NCBI GenBank assembly: GCA_009928665.1
Contig: SACF01000016.1
Coordinates: forward strand, 7,474 to 71,473
Length of the DNA stretch: 64,000 nucleotides
From: Alphaproteobacteria bacterium
Lineage (GTDB): Bacteria; Bacteroidota; Bacteroidia; Bacteroidales; FEN-979
Reading direction: 5' to 3'
In this document: one piece after another, positions 35,078 through 44,988 of the stretch
Layout of the letters: each line of letters begins with the position of its first letter
Numbering within the stretch: the stretch's first letter is position 1
Notes under the pieces: generated by a model
What the model saw: only the letters and a program-made list of their open reading frames with translations
What the model was told of the DNA's origin: nothing
Database searches by the model: none
Made by a program: the position numbers and the translations under genes

Positions 35078-36976
35078 TCAGAAAATTACCAAAGCCTTAC
35101 CCTTATTCCAGAAAATGGTATTCCCACGTAATCTTAGAATAGGGGTACTGGTTCCTGTTTTCATTTGTTTTATTTTAATCCCGGTATTCAGATCATAAAT
35201 TGCGAAGTTGCTATAACCATATACCAGGAGTCGTTCCGTGTTGAAATCAACGTTCCCGAATTCTGATCCTTCGACGGTGAAACTCCGCACCAGGCTCCAA
35301 TCGGAGCAATTCCTGATGACGAGCTCCTGGTTTTCGAGGATCACGGCCCGGTTATCATCATCCGGAAAAAATGAATAAAAAAGGTAACCGTAGGGGCCGT
35401 TCACCGAACGCCATTTTTCAGAGAGTGTCCCGCCGGAAACACTGAAAAGGTAGAGTTGGTCGGCCTTTACGAAGAGATAGGTTCCTGATGATGACAGTAC
35501 CGGACAAGGTTTTACGCTAAAGGTGTGTTCACCCAGGTTTTGTCCGTTAACGAAGTTGTACAGAATGATTTTATGGTCCCCCACAAGAGCGGCGAGTCCC
35601 TGATCGGAAATCGACACGCGACCTCCCTCGAAGGAAGAACCGAAAATCTGGTTGCCGGGGACCGTGTATTTGGTTTTAGATTCAACGTTGTAAAACAGGT
35701 AATCACTGTTCCATGCGTTCATGGTTGCCAGTAGAAAATGATTCCGGGGAGAGACTGCCGAATATTTTATGGATTGCCCGGTTTTAATTATATCCACTGG
35801 TGTCAGTGTGCCGGCATCATACCGGATAATTTCATTCGATCCGGGGATGAAAATGTCGTTGCCGACCGGGGCCAGGAACTCATAAAAATTTATCCCGGGT
35901 TTCCCGGCTTCGACATAGTTGGAGACTGAATATTTTTGCCTCGCTATCACGTTACTGTAACCGGGGAGTGGTGTTTTAGGGACATAGGATATATAAACCC
36001 TGCTTTTTCCCGGGAATGCAATATCATTGATTTCATAAGAATTCTGGTTGATATCGGGGATCATTGCCGATTCGATAAAATCGATGTACGGATAAGGTGA
36101 AACAGAGATCCGGTATCCTTCAAAATTTTCGGAATAGCGACATTTTTCCCAACTGAAGTCGGGGACCCCTCGGTCGTTTATTGTAAAAGTGGGGTTGCTC
36201 CATTCACACTCCTTCTCCGTGACCGTGATCCGGTAAGGATATAAAACCGGGCTTCCGTCAAGTCCGGTGTAAGTGGTGGCACTGTAAAATGCTTGTTCTC
36301 CGACATAGGTTGGATCGAAAAAGGAGTAGGGAGGGATCCCGGTGGATGTGTTCAGATCATAAAAGATTGAACCTGCTGTATGATCCAACGCCTTTGCCAC
36401 TTCCATCTTTCTGATCGGCGTGCTGTCGGTCGGAGCGGGCAGTGTGCACTTCAGGGAGCCTGCATTCAGCGTGAACAGCAGGGATGGAATGAAATTAAAC
36501 CCTGAAAAATCATTGTTCAGCAGCGTCACCTCTCTTTCATACTGAAATGCCTCAAGGTTCGCAGCATCCGCGACGCTTCCGGAGAGCGTGCTGCAAAACA
36601 CCCGGAGCAGGGCATGATAAATTCCGGGATTAAGTATCGAGGAAGCCTTGAAATAAAAGCCGCCGTTATCAGACTGTTGCCCTACTTTTTTAACGCCATC
36701 GATAAAAACCTCCAGGTAATATTTTCGTTTCCCGCTTGCCTGCGCGTAAACTATAATAAACCCGTCCTCTCTTGGGAACAGGGTATCGTTCACCAGGGTT
36801 CCGGTGATGGTAAGTTCAGGTTTGACCGGATGCAGTTCATGGTAGAATTCGTCGGTTGGTTTATACCGGCACGAAACCGATAACAACAGTACCAGAAACG
36901 GGTACAGGAAAATCGCGATACCGGTCCCCCGATGGGCCAGCAGCATGCCGGGATTATCCGAATGAACCTTTTTCAT
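35078..36976 (-). CDS. hypothetical exported protein (C-terminal propeller-like region)
   Basis: I place the start at MKKVHSDNPG... (ATG rc 36974-36976), followed by a hydrophobic anchor and SVSC. I recognise no family. Confidence 0.6.
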   Translation of the reverse strand: MKKVHSDNPGMLLAHRGTGIAIFLYPFLVLLLSVSCRYKPTDEFYHELHPVKPELTITGTLVNDTLFPREDGFIIVYAQASGKRKYYLEVFIDGVKKVGQQSDNGGFYFKASSILNPGIYHALLRVFCSTLSGSVADAANLEAFQYEREVTLLNNDFSGFNFIPSLLFTLNAGSLKCTLPAPTDSTPIRKMEVAKALDHTAGSIFYDLNTSTGIPPYSFFDPTYVGEQAFYSATTYTGLDGSPVLYPYRITVTEKECEWSNPTFTINDRGVPDFSWEKCRYSENFEGYRISVSPYPYIDFIESAMIPDINQNSYEINDIAFPGKSRVYISYVPKTPLPGYSNVIARQKYSVSNYVEAGKPGINFYEFLAPVGNDIFIPGSNEIIRYDAGTLTPVDIIKTGQSIKYSAVSPRNHFLLATMNAWNSDYLFYNVESKTKYTVPGNQIFGSSFEGGRVSISDQGLAALVGDHKIILYNFVNGQNLGEHTFSVKPCPVLSSSGTYLFVKADQLYLFSVSGGTLSEKWRSVNGPYGYLFYSFFPDDDNRAVILENQELVIRNCSDWSLVRSFTVEGSEFGNVDFNTERLLVYGYSNFAIYDLNTGIKIKQMKTGTSTPILRLRGNTIFWNKGKALVIF

Positions 36977-37001
36977 GACTTTATAATTAAATCGAGATAT
37001 A

Positions 37002-37781
37002 TCAAAATTTTTCAGCGATGACCAGCATTTCAAAATCTTCGGTGGTCAGCTTATCGTTTCTGGAAAACGCTCCAAGTTTGGCCCCGAAGATGTCAATTTT
37101 CACATAACCGAGCGATTTCAGGAGCCAGGTGATCTCGGAGGGGACATAATACCTTTCATTGGAATCAAGGGAAATTTTTTTGCCGGAATCATCCTCCAAT
37201 TCGGTGATGTTGTGATCGCGAAACGTTATCAGATCGAAGGTGTTGCTGCGGTAGGTAGCGTTATCCGTCCCGCCTGCTTCGGCGCAGAATTTTTCGACCG
37301 AATGGTAGAGCGGGAACAGCCCGTTGAGCGTGGTAAAAATAAATTTTCCTCCATTTTTCAGACCTTTTATTACACTTTGCAGGATGCTGAAATTCATCTC
37401 GTCAGTCTCCATCAGGGGGAATCCGCCTTCGCAGAGCATGATGGCCACGTCGAATTCCCTGTCAAACGGGAGCTCCCGGGCATCGAGCCGGCGAAAGTCG
37501 ATGGTAAGCCCTTGCTGTGCGGCCTTTTCACGGGCATGCGAAAGTTGCCCCTCCGAAAGGTCAATGCCGGTTAAATGGTATCCGCGCAGGGTCAGTTCAA
37601 TCGCGTGCCGACCGGTGCCGCATCCGACGTCGAGGATCCGGAGCGATTTGTCGCGACCGAGCTCCTGTTCCAGGAAATTACATTCGCCCTGTGTTCCCTG
37701 TGTAAAACACTCGCGATCATATTTCTGCCCGTAATTTTCAAATAAGGCTTCGTACCAGGGTTTTTCGTTCATTTCAGTCAT
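37002..37781 (-). CDS. class I SAM-dependent methyltransferase
   Basis: Motif I RILDVGCGTGRHAIEL and post-I GIDLSEGQL. Confidence 0.85.
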   Translation of the reverse strand: MTEMNEKPWYEALFENYGQKYDRECFTQGTQGECNFLEQELGRDKSLRILDVGCGTGRHAIELTLRGYHLTGIDLSEGQLSHAREKAAQQGLTIDFRRLDARELPFDREFDVAIMLCEGGFPLMETDEMNFSILQSVIKGLKNGGKFIFTTLNGLFPLYHSVEKFCAEAGGTDNATYRSNTFDLITFRDHNITELEDDSGKKISLDSNERYYVPSEITWLLKSLGYVKIDIFGAKLGAFSRNDKLTTEDFEMLVIAEKF

Positions 37782-37902
37782 TTGATCTACATTAATTGGT
37801 TACCTCAAAATTTATAAAACTATTTGTATCCTTACTTCCCTCTACTCTCTTATTTCTTTTGATAATCCATGATTTTCGGGAATCTGACAGATGAGTTAAC
37901 AC

Positions 37903-40029
37903 TCATTCCCTTATAAATTTGCCCCATCGGCTCCGGTCGGTTTCCATGATCCGGATGAGGTACAATCCCGGTTTCAACGATTGCGTATCAATGACTGTCT
38001 GACTCTTTTCCAGGGATTGCTGGTACACTTTTTCACCCCTGATATTGAAAATCGTGATGCTACCGTTAACCCGGCCGGGGTTCTCTTCGAGTCTGATGGT
38101 AAGGGTTTCGCGGGCAGGATTCGGATACATGCTGATCCGGCCGGGATCATCCGCGACCGGGCTGAAACCGGTTCCCCCGGAGGTCTTTTTCAGGATGACT
38201 CCATCTTCTCCCGCTGCATATCCCGTTCCCGAAGAGGTAAAATGTACCGCGTTTAACCGGGCCTTGATGGAGGTTGAAACCATCCAGGATTCACCCCCGT
38301 CGGAAGTCATCAGTATCGTGCCGTGAAGCAGGTTCAACCCACCGACGGCATACCCATGGTAGGCATCGGTGAAAAATACCGAATACAATCCATCCGTGAC
38401 GCCGGTCTGCAAGGCAGTCCAGGTTGTGCCGCCATCGGTGGTCTTCAGAATTGTGCCGATATCCCCGGCAATGTACCCGGTTAGTGGCTCGGGAAACATG
38501 ACGGAATATAACTCTGTTGAAGTCCCCGAAGGTCGTGACTCCCACGAAAATCCGCCATCGGTCGTTCTCAGGATGGTTCCATTATAACCTGCCGCGAATC
38601 CCGTGCGCGGATCAGTAAAGCATAAGGCGGTCAGATCGCTTGTGGTCCCCATCGCCAGCGGTTCCCACGTCGTCCCCCCGTTGCAGGTACGGAGCATGGT
38701 TCCTTCGGCGCCTGCAATGTAACCGGTATCTGAATCGGGGAATACGACGGACTTAAGGATTTCGGAAGTGCCCGTGGACAAAGGAATCCAGGTACTGCCA
38801 CCGTCGACAGTTTTCAGAGCGGTGCCACCGTACCCGACGGCAAACCCGGTATCGCGGGCTATAAATTGCAGGGAGAAAATGGTTTGACCCGTTCCGGTGT
38901 TCTGAATGGCCCAATGTTCTCCCTTGTCGGTGGTCTTCATGATCAGCCCGCCTTCACCCGAAACATATCCCGTTTGCTCATCTGCGAAATAAACGGAAGT
39001 CAGCCAATTGGTGGTTCCGGTGACCTGCCTGGCCCAGGTTGCCCCACCGTCGGTTGTTTTCATGATGACGCCCTCGGAACCAGCCATGAATCCTGTATTT
39101 TTTGCATCTTTTAAAGGAAACACGATCGAGCTGAACGTGATCAGCATCCCGGCATCCTGTTCGGTCCAGGTAATTCCGCCGTCGACGGTCTTACAGATCC
39201 TGCCCAGATTTCCGGCCAGGTACCCGGTATCGGCTGCAGTAAAATAGATGGAGTTAAAAAAGTGATCTTTGGGTCCGATTTTGGCCTGAAGGCTCCAATT
39301 AGCGCCACCATCAATGGTTTTAAGGAGATAGGTGGTGTCAGCTTCGCTGTACGGAGAATCCGATTTGGCATATTCGTAATGACCGAGCGCGTACCCGGTT
39401 CTCACACTGGTAAAAAAGACGGCGGTCAGTTCATGTTCGGTGCCGGAGTTCTGTGAGATCCAGGTAGTTCCACCATCGACACTCTTCAGGATGACGCCGT
39501 CCATTCCTACGGCATATCCCGTATCGCGATCGGGAAAGTATACGGAATTCAGCGTCGCTGTGGTCCCCGAAGTAATCGGACTCCAGCTTGTGCCACCGTC
39601 GGTGGTTTTGAGGATGACGCCATAAAAGCCGACGGCAATTCCGTTCCCTGTGCCCTGGTCAGGGAAAAACGTCATGGAAGTCAGGGTGCTCGCGGTACCT
39701 GAAGAACGGACAGACCAGTTCTCTCCCCCGTCGGAAGTATTCAGGATCATCCCGCTTTCGCCCACGGCACAACCATCGCTGGCATTGGTAAAACAGACCG
39801 ACAGCAACGGAACCGGGGTCCTGGTATTCAGCAATCTCCAGGTTTCGCCGCCATTCTCTGTTTTAACGAGGGTACCCTCGTCACCGGCGGCGTATCCTGT
39901 GAGGGAATCGGTGAAACTTAGGGAGTGAAGCTGGTATCCCGGGGGACAGGGATTCAGCCAGCGCCACTCCTGGGCCGAAAGATGACCCCAGAGGGTGAAC
40001 AGGCAGATTATCAGGATTATTCTTTTCAT
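37903..40029 (-). CDS. BNR/Asp-box (Ycf48-like) multi-propeller protein with T9SS C-terminal sorting domain
   Basis: A dozen or more T(T/S)DGG.(T/S)W Asp-box repeats, a signal peptide, and the C-terminus MYPNPARETLTIRL...GLYLIRI...KFIRE. Confidence 0.85.
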   Translation of the reverse strand: MKRIILIICLFTLWGHLSAQEWRWLNPCPPGYQLHSLSFTDSLTGYAAGDEGTLVKTENGGETWRLLNTRTPVPLLSVCFTNASDGCAVGESGMILNTSDGGENWSVRSSGTASTLTSMTFFPDQGTGNGIAVGFYGVILKTTDGGTSWSPITSGTTATLNSVYFPDRDTGYAVGMDGVILKSVDGGTTWISQNSGTEHELTAVFFTSVRTGYALGHYEYAKSDSPYSEADTTYLLKTIDGGANWSLQAKIGPKDHFFNSIYFTAADTGYLAGNLGRICKTVDGGITWTEQDAGMLITFSSIVFPLKDAKNTGFMAGSEGVIMKTTDGGATWARQVTGTTNWLTSVYFADEQTGYVSGEGGLIMKTTDKGEHWAIQNTGTGQTIFSLQFIARDTGFAVGYGGTALKTVDGGSTWIPLSTGTSEILKSVVFPDSDTGYIAGAEGTMLRTCNGGTTWEPLAMGTTSDLTALCFTDPRTGFAAGYNGTILRTTDGGFSWESRPSGTSTELYSVMFPEPLTGYIAGDIGTILKTTDGGTTWTALQTGVTDGLYSVFFTDAYHGYAVGGLNLLHGTILMTSDGGESWMVSTSIKARLNAVHFTSSGTGYAAGEDGVILKKTSGGTGFSPVADDPGRISMYPNPARETLTIRLEENPGRVNGSITIFNIRGEKVYQQSLEKSQTVIDTQSLKPGLYLIRIMETDRSRWGKFIRE

Positions 40030-40073
40030 TTTTGAATAATTTTATAATTAATGTGCTTATATTTATTTTTTCG

Positions 40074-40208
40074 GGCCACATTGAATATCCATTGTTATCG
40101 ACAAGGGTCAGCATGTACGGTGTACTGATGGATATTTCCTTGGTCAAATGGATTATCCATGATAATCATATGCAATTTGTATTAATCTGGTTCCGATGGA
40201 TATTTCAT
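40074..40208 (-). promoter_or_regulatory. ATGGATAT-box array (4 boxes) upstream of the BNR/T9SS gene
   Basis: The boxes lie at 40082-40092, 40128-40138, the palindrome ATGGATTATCCAT at 40148-40160, and 40196-40208. The first two have the same 46-nt offset as at 9404/9450. Confidence 0.55.
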
Positions 40209-40366
40209 AAACGGGAATATATAAACAGCCATTTTTCGGGAAAGCGGAACCCCGGAAAACAAATTTTCTGATGGTAAATATAATCATTTATCAGATTTAT
40301 AATTTTTCGAGGGCATTTATTAGGCGTTTTCTTCCGGATTTGCTTGACAATCACCATTTAGAAAGT

Positions 40367-40374
40367 TAACTTTG
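40367..40374 (+). promoter_or_regulatory. candidate -7 box (TAACTTTG)
   Basis: Matches TAnnTTTG, 20 nt upstream of the ATG at 40395. Confidence 0.35.
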
Positions 40375-40394
40375 TCATAACATTTTTTTTCTCC

Positions 40395-41126
40395 ATGCAA
40401 ACCAAGACGAATAAATTCCAGGTTATTCTGTCAATTCTCAAAGATTTGACGGTAATACTCCGCGACGGGACCATCCTGATCCTGTTTCTGCTCCTGATCA
40501 TCACGCCGGGTAGGATCAACAACATCCTGGTGTCGGCCGGGTTCACCAAAGGGACGATTGGCGGACTTTCGTGGGAAGCGAAGTTGAAGACAGCGGCCGA
40601 TGAGACCAGGTCGGTTGGACAGAGCGTCGACCTGGCCCGGAGGAATTATGACAGTCTGGCCGGTCGTTTGAAAGCGCTGGAGCAGAAGATGAAGGATCCC
40701 CGGTTGAAGTCGGAGGTTAAGCAGATCAACGACCTGGTGACCATTTCACAGGGTGAACTGGATGCGGCCGACCGGACCGTAAAACGCAGCCTGGCCTCCC
40801 AACAACAGATCGTCGCCGAGATCGCTCCCACGCAGGCCTCCGTTGGCGGATGGCTTTACGTTGGAAAGGTCAATCAGGATAAAAGCAACTGGGAGCAGGG
40901 CTCGCCGGTGACCGTAGCCTCTTTTGCCCTGCCTTTCAGGGTTGGCAGGATATTGAATGTCACAGATGATGCGTACCTGCGGGCAGAAGGATCCGAGGGT
41001 GCCCGCGCTTCTGCATCCATTGTCGGGGTAGTGAAAGCAGGTGCGGAGGTCCGGGTCGAATCGTGCGACTTTTCACCTGTCCCCGGAGGTGGGTGGTTTG
41101 TATGGGCGCAGGTAAAGGTTCAGTGA
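40395..41126 (+). CDS. hypothetical membrane-anchored protein (coiled coil plus SH3-like C-terminal region, inferred)
   Basis: An N-terminal TM helix ILILFLLLIITPG and a heptad-like middle region. A TAACTTTG box lies 20 nt upstream. Confidence 0.55.
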   Translation: MQTKTNKFQVILSILKDLTVILRDGTILILFLLLIITPGRINNILVSAGFTKGTIGGLSWEAKLKTAADETRSVGQSVDLARRNYDSLAGRLKALEQKMKDPRLKSEVKQINDLVTISQGELDAADRTVKRSLASQQQIVAEIAPTQASVGGWLYVGKVNQDKSNWEQGSPVTVASFALPFRVGRILNVTDDAYLRAEGSEGARASASIVGVVKAGAEVRVESCDFSPVPGGGWFVWAQVKVQ

Positions 41127-41219
41127 TAAGAATCCACACGGGATCGCCTGGCATTCGAATGTTGATTCCCGGGATCAGGCCATTTAGAGTTTCATAGGAT
41201 CGAAATGATTTTCAGGCCT

Positions 41220-43166
41220 TTAACAGGTAACCTGCCGCATGTCGGTGAATACCCTCCGGCCTGCCTCCTCCACGTATTCATTCATACTTTGAACGACCTT
41301 CTCCCGGGTTAATTCATCCTTCTGTCCTTGGGTATCTGATCGGATTTTATCCGGCTGTTTGCCATTTCCGATCTGTTTTAACACCCTGACCAGGGTATCG
41401 ACATCTTCCCGGCTGTTTTCCATTCCGAGGCTGACACGTGTAAGTCCGGGGAACCGGACCGAAGTAAAAAGGGTAGCGATTAACCATTGGAACCGTTCGA
41501 AGAAGGGGCCGACGCCCACCAGTTTTTTGATGAGGATGTGGGCGCAATGACAGCCGAACCTGACCCCGATACCGCCCCGGATTGCCAGCTCCTGTGCCAG
41601 TTTGTTGGAGAACATGTTCTTAAAGTCAAACACGATGACTCCTGCTTTACAGGAAAAAGACGGTGCGTCGGGATCTTTGATCCCGTAACCTTTAAAACCC
41701 TTTATTTTGGATAATTCCGACAATGCGTGGTGATGCAGGGCCTGTTCTTCGCGGATGATCACCTCCATCCCGATGCGGCCCATCAGGTGAAAGATCTTTC
41801 CCAGTGCTGTAATGCCACCCGGATTCTCTTCACCCGATTTGCGGATTGCCTCCATTTCCTGCGGATTGAAATGGAGAAGCGCTTTACGGACGATGAGGGC
41901 GCCGCTGCCGAAAGGTGCGTAGACCTTATGGGCTGAGAATGCCAGGTAGTCAATGTCAAAACCCGAGATATCGACTTTGCGGTGGGCAACGAGTTGCGCG
42001 GCATCGACCAGCAACCGTGCGCCATACCGGTGGACGATCCTGCCAATCGCTTCCGGGTCGTTGCACACCCCGAGGACATTCGACGCCCCGCTGATGGCAA
42101 CGAGTTTGATCCTTTGATTTCCGTGGATCCCATCCCGGTTGTATTCCGCGAGAACCTTCTCCAGTTGGATCAGATCCGTAAATCCCTCTTTGTCGATGTT
42201 AAGACGGATCAGCGGATGCGAGGTGACTTGCCGCCATGGAAGGTCGTTCGATGAGTGTTCGAGCAGCGAACTGACGATCACCGTTTCGGTGCCGGTATCG
42301 GGATCACGTTTCAGATTTTCGGCCGCCAGGTTGATGGCCTCGGTGGTGTTGGAGGTGAAGATCACCTCGTAGGTGTCGGGAGGGGCATGAAGCATGCCTG
42401 CGCATATCTTTCCGACTTCCGCTATGAGTTCCCGGTGTGTTTCGGGCGCCAGGCGCCAGGTACGGCGCACTGCATCCCAGACCGGTGTGAAAGTGGGGGT
42501 GCTGGCGCTGTTGTCGAGATTCACATAACGCGTCCAACCCGCTGTTGTCGGAACCTGTGTTTCAATCCCGATCCGGGTCGCGCGGAGTTTTTCGAGGAGT
42601 TCCCTGCCGGTCAGCCCGTCGGTTTCATCCCGGTACAGAATATCCGCGACAGCGCATTTTTCCTTATCCTCCACATGAAACAAGCCCGGACCGGATGATT
42701 TCAGGAGGGTCAATGCTTTAGCAAAGGCGATAACATTGATGATGGCGGGCGTTCCTGCTTCAAACTTATCGGGAGCCTTGTCCCAGATGACCCACCCGGA
42801 TGCCATAAGCCTTGCCGTTCCGCCGCCGCTCTCGAAGGGCGTCCCTTCGGGGAGATGCTTCTTTTGAACCGCTACAGCCTGTACCCCGAGCGGCAATCCC
42901 GTTTCTTCGCCCGTAATCACCCTGAAACTGCCGGGTTTGAGATTTCCGGTGAATTTCCCGGTACGGCGCGGCGAACAGAAGATCACCGTGTATTTTTCAG
43001 GAGGAAGGTCAAGATAATCCAGTACCAGCTCGCGTGACTGTTCATAAAGACCGGTCGAAACCATTGAATGATGCCCGGTTCCGCGATGCACGTTTGAATA
43101 GGTTTCCAGGGCCGCGGTGATGCTCCGCTCAAGCTCCCTGAAGGCCAGTTTGCTTTTATCTGTCAT
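41220..43166 (-). CDS. aminotransferase class V-fold PLP enzyme (cysteine desulfurase-like), 648 aa
   Basis: YVNLDNSASTP, IFTSNTTEAINL, the PLP-Lys context AFSAHKVYAPFGSGAL, and RFGCHCAH. An extra N-terminal ~215 aa carries SNVHRG and GGG...KFEAGTP motifs. Confidence 0.8.
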   Translation of the reverse strand: MTDKSKLAFRELERSITAALETYSNVHRGTGHHSMVSTGLYEQSRELVLDYLDLPPEKYTVIFCSPRRTGKFTGNLKPGSFRVITGEETGLPLGVQAVAVQKKHLPEGTPFESGGGTARLMASGWVIWDKAPDKFEAGTPAIINVIAFAKALTLLKSSGPGLFHVEDKEKCAVADILYRDETDGLTGRELLEKLRATRIGIETQVPTTAGWTRYVNLDNSASTPTFTPVWDAVRRTWRLAPETHRELIAEVGKICAGMLHAPPDTYEVIFTSNTTEAINLAAENLKRDPDTGTETVIVSSLLEHSSNDLPWRQVTSHPLIRLNIDKEGFTDLIQLEKVLAEYNRDGIHGNQRIKLVAISGASNVLGVCNDPEAIGRIVHRYGARLLVDAAQLVAHRKVDISGFDIDYLAFSAHKVYAPFGSGALIVRKALLHFNPQEMEAIRKSGEENPGGITALGKIFHLMGRIGMEVIIREEQALHHHALSELSKIKGFKGYGIKDPDAPSFSCKAGVIVFDFKNMFSNKLAQELAIRGGIGVRFGCHCAHILIKKLVGVGPFFERFQWLIATLFTSVRFPGLTRVSLGMENSREDVDTLVRVLKQIGNGKQPDKIRSDTQGQKDELTREKVVQSMNEYVEEAGRRVFTDMRQVTC

Positions 43167-43312
43167 GTTTGTCTTTTAAGAGCCGTTTAGACGCAAGGTT
43201 TTCCCCGCGGTTAACAATTTGGTGAAAATTCTGTTCATACGAGAGGTGTATCCTTCAAATTTCAGGGGTTCGGCAAAGCAATCAAAGTGTCTGGAATATT
43301 CGCAAATCGGGA

Positions 43313-44134
43313 TTATTCACCGAAATTGGGATAACCATTGGAATGATAGGTGAGGGGTAAATCAACATGGGATGTGGTTGTCAGTCCAAAAGTGGAATCC
43401 GATGTTTTCCCATACTGATTGATCGTGTAGGCCCGGTAGTTATTTTGTGAAAATGCCCTGAAGAAGGCGCCGGTTATGTAATACCGGTTTTTAAACGGGT
43501 TGGGGTGATCATCATAATCGAGGAACAAAATCTCTTTGATTGAATATAAATTACCCTGAGGGTCGTAATGTTCGGCAGTTACTTTTACGAGGTTATTGTT
43601 ATCCATGAAGAAGGTTCTCCGGGTATAACTGGTCTTAAAAGTTTCGGTGATCTGGTCGTTGGCGTAAGTATAATTCAGGTCATATCCATCCGGATTTAAA
43701 CCATCCTTTCTGAAAACCTTCACCAACCTGTTCTGTGCATCGAGATAAAAAATGAGGGGATTGGTGCTTTTTTCGAAGGTATTTCCGTCGTCGATGATGT
43801 ATTTTTCAAAGAGCTGAAAGGTATTGTTACCGGTAGTAATGGAGTCGTACACCGTGGAGTATGAAAAAATATAATTCAGCAGGTTGGTCCCTGCAGGAAC
43901 GGGAAAATAACCCCCGGTGATGCGGTCCACTGATCCCTGGTTGTAACGGTAGGAGCAAATATAAGGACCCGAAATGCCGCTCATGGTTCCGAAATCAGTA
44001 AAGGAAATATCGTCGCGAAAGAAGAGGTATTTGACCTGGCACGACTCTGGCTCATTTCCCGGCTCCCCGGATTCTTTTTTACTACATCCCATCGAGATCA
44101 GGATCAGGAGGCAGATTGTCAAAACTTTTTTCAT
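43313..44134 (-). CDS. hypothetical lipoprotein
   Basis: Lipobox MKKVLTICLLILISMGC. I recognise no family. Confidence 0.6.
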   Translation of the reverse strand: MKKVLTICLLILISMGCSKKESGEPGNEPESCQVKYLFFRDDISFTDFGTMSGISGPYICSYRYNQGSVDRITGGYFPVPAGTNLLNYIFSYSTVYDSITTGNNTFQLFEKYIIDDGNTFEKSTNPLIFYLDAQNRLVKVFRKDGLNPDGYDLNYTYANDQITETFKTSYTRRTFFMDNNNLVKVTAEHYDPQGNLYSIKEILFLDYDDHPNPFKNRYYITGAFFRAFSQNNYRAYTINQYGKTSDSTFGLTTTSHVDLPLTYHSNGYPNFGE

Positions 44135-44260
44135 TTGTAAATAATTCTATATTTCATCTGATCAGATCTTCAGGATGCATTCAAAACGGATATAAAGTTA
44201 TGCATTATTTTTATATCTGTTAAAGGATGATTTGTTTTTTTCTCAGGAGAAAAAACTTTT

Positions 44261-44297
44261 ATTTACGATTGACAAGATTTACGATTTACGATTGGAA
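44261..44297. repeat. heptamer tract (ATTTACG family)
   Basis: The tract reads atttacgattgacaagatttacgatttacgattgg, about 31/35 identical to 26291-26325. Confidence 0.85.
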
Positions 44298-44342
44298 GGA
44301 AATTTTAAACTGTCTCTAAGAGTCTGTTTGTAATTGGGCGGA

Positions 44343-44936
44343 TCAGTAAATCCATGGGATCAGTCGGCGGGTTTTACGCATGTATTCCCGGTATTCCGTT
44401 CCGAATTCGTTAATCAACAGCCGTTCCTCGATACGGATGCGGTACAGGAATGACGGAACGACAACGAGCAGGATGACTGCCAGGCTGATCGCGTTGTTCA
44501 ATGACAGGGAGAAGCCAATGAACGAGATGATCGACCCCAGGTATGAAGGATGCCTTATCCACCGGTACATCCCGTTGGTCTTGATCCGGTGTTCTTCACT
44601 GATGGTGAGGTTCACAGTGAAACGTGACCCCAACGACCAGACCGCGAGGAACCGCACGGCCATGCCGGCCAGGATGATTGCCAGTCCGGCATATCCGGTG
44701 TAAGGCCACGCGAGAATCCTTGCAGGGAGGTAGTTTGCGGCGAGAATACTCAGCACGATCGCGAGGGTAATGGCCAGCCAGATCAGCCGCATCGTCCCCC
44801 GGTCATGATCTCTTTGAATGCTGTAGTTCGCACGGCGCAACCGGTTGAGCATGATTTCAGAAAGAAACCAAAGGACCCATATTACGATGAAGGTGATCAT
44901 AGGATCATTTCCCTCAAAAATACTCATAAATATCAA
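44343..44936 (-). CDS. isoprenylcysteine carboxyl methyltransferase (ICMT/PEMT-like) family membrane protein
   Basis: Polytopic protein with the C-terminal motifs YRWIRHPSYLG...EERLLINEFGTEYREYMRKT. The start could be the internal MITFIVIW. Confidence 0.8.
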   Translation of the reverse strand: MIFMSIFEGNDPMITFIVIWVLWFLSEIMLNRLRRANYSIQRDHDRGTMRLIWLAITLAIVLSILAANYLPARILAWPYTGYAGLAIILAGMAVRFLAVWSLGSRFTVNLTISEEHRIKTNGMYRWIRHPSYLGSIISFIGFSLSLNNAISLAVILLVVVPSFLYRIRIEERLLINEFGTEYREYMRKTRRLIPWIY

Positions 44937-44988
44937 ATACTTCGATATAAACGATCCTATTTTTTATCTTTACTCAAAATCTTCAGTC

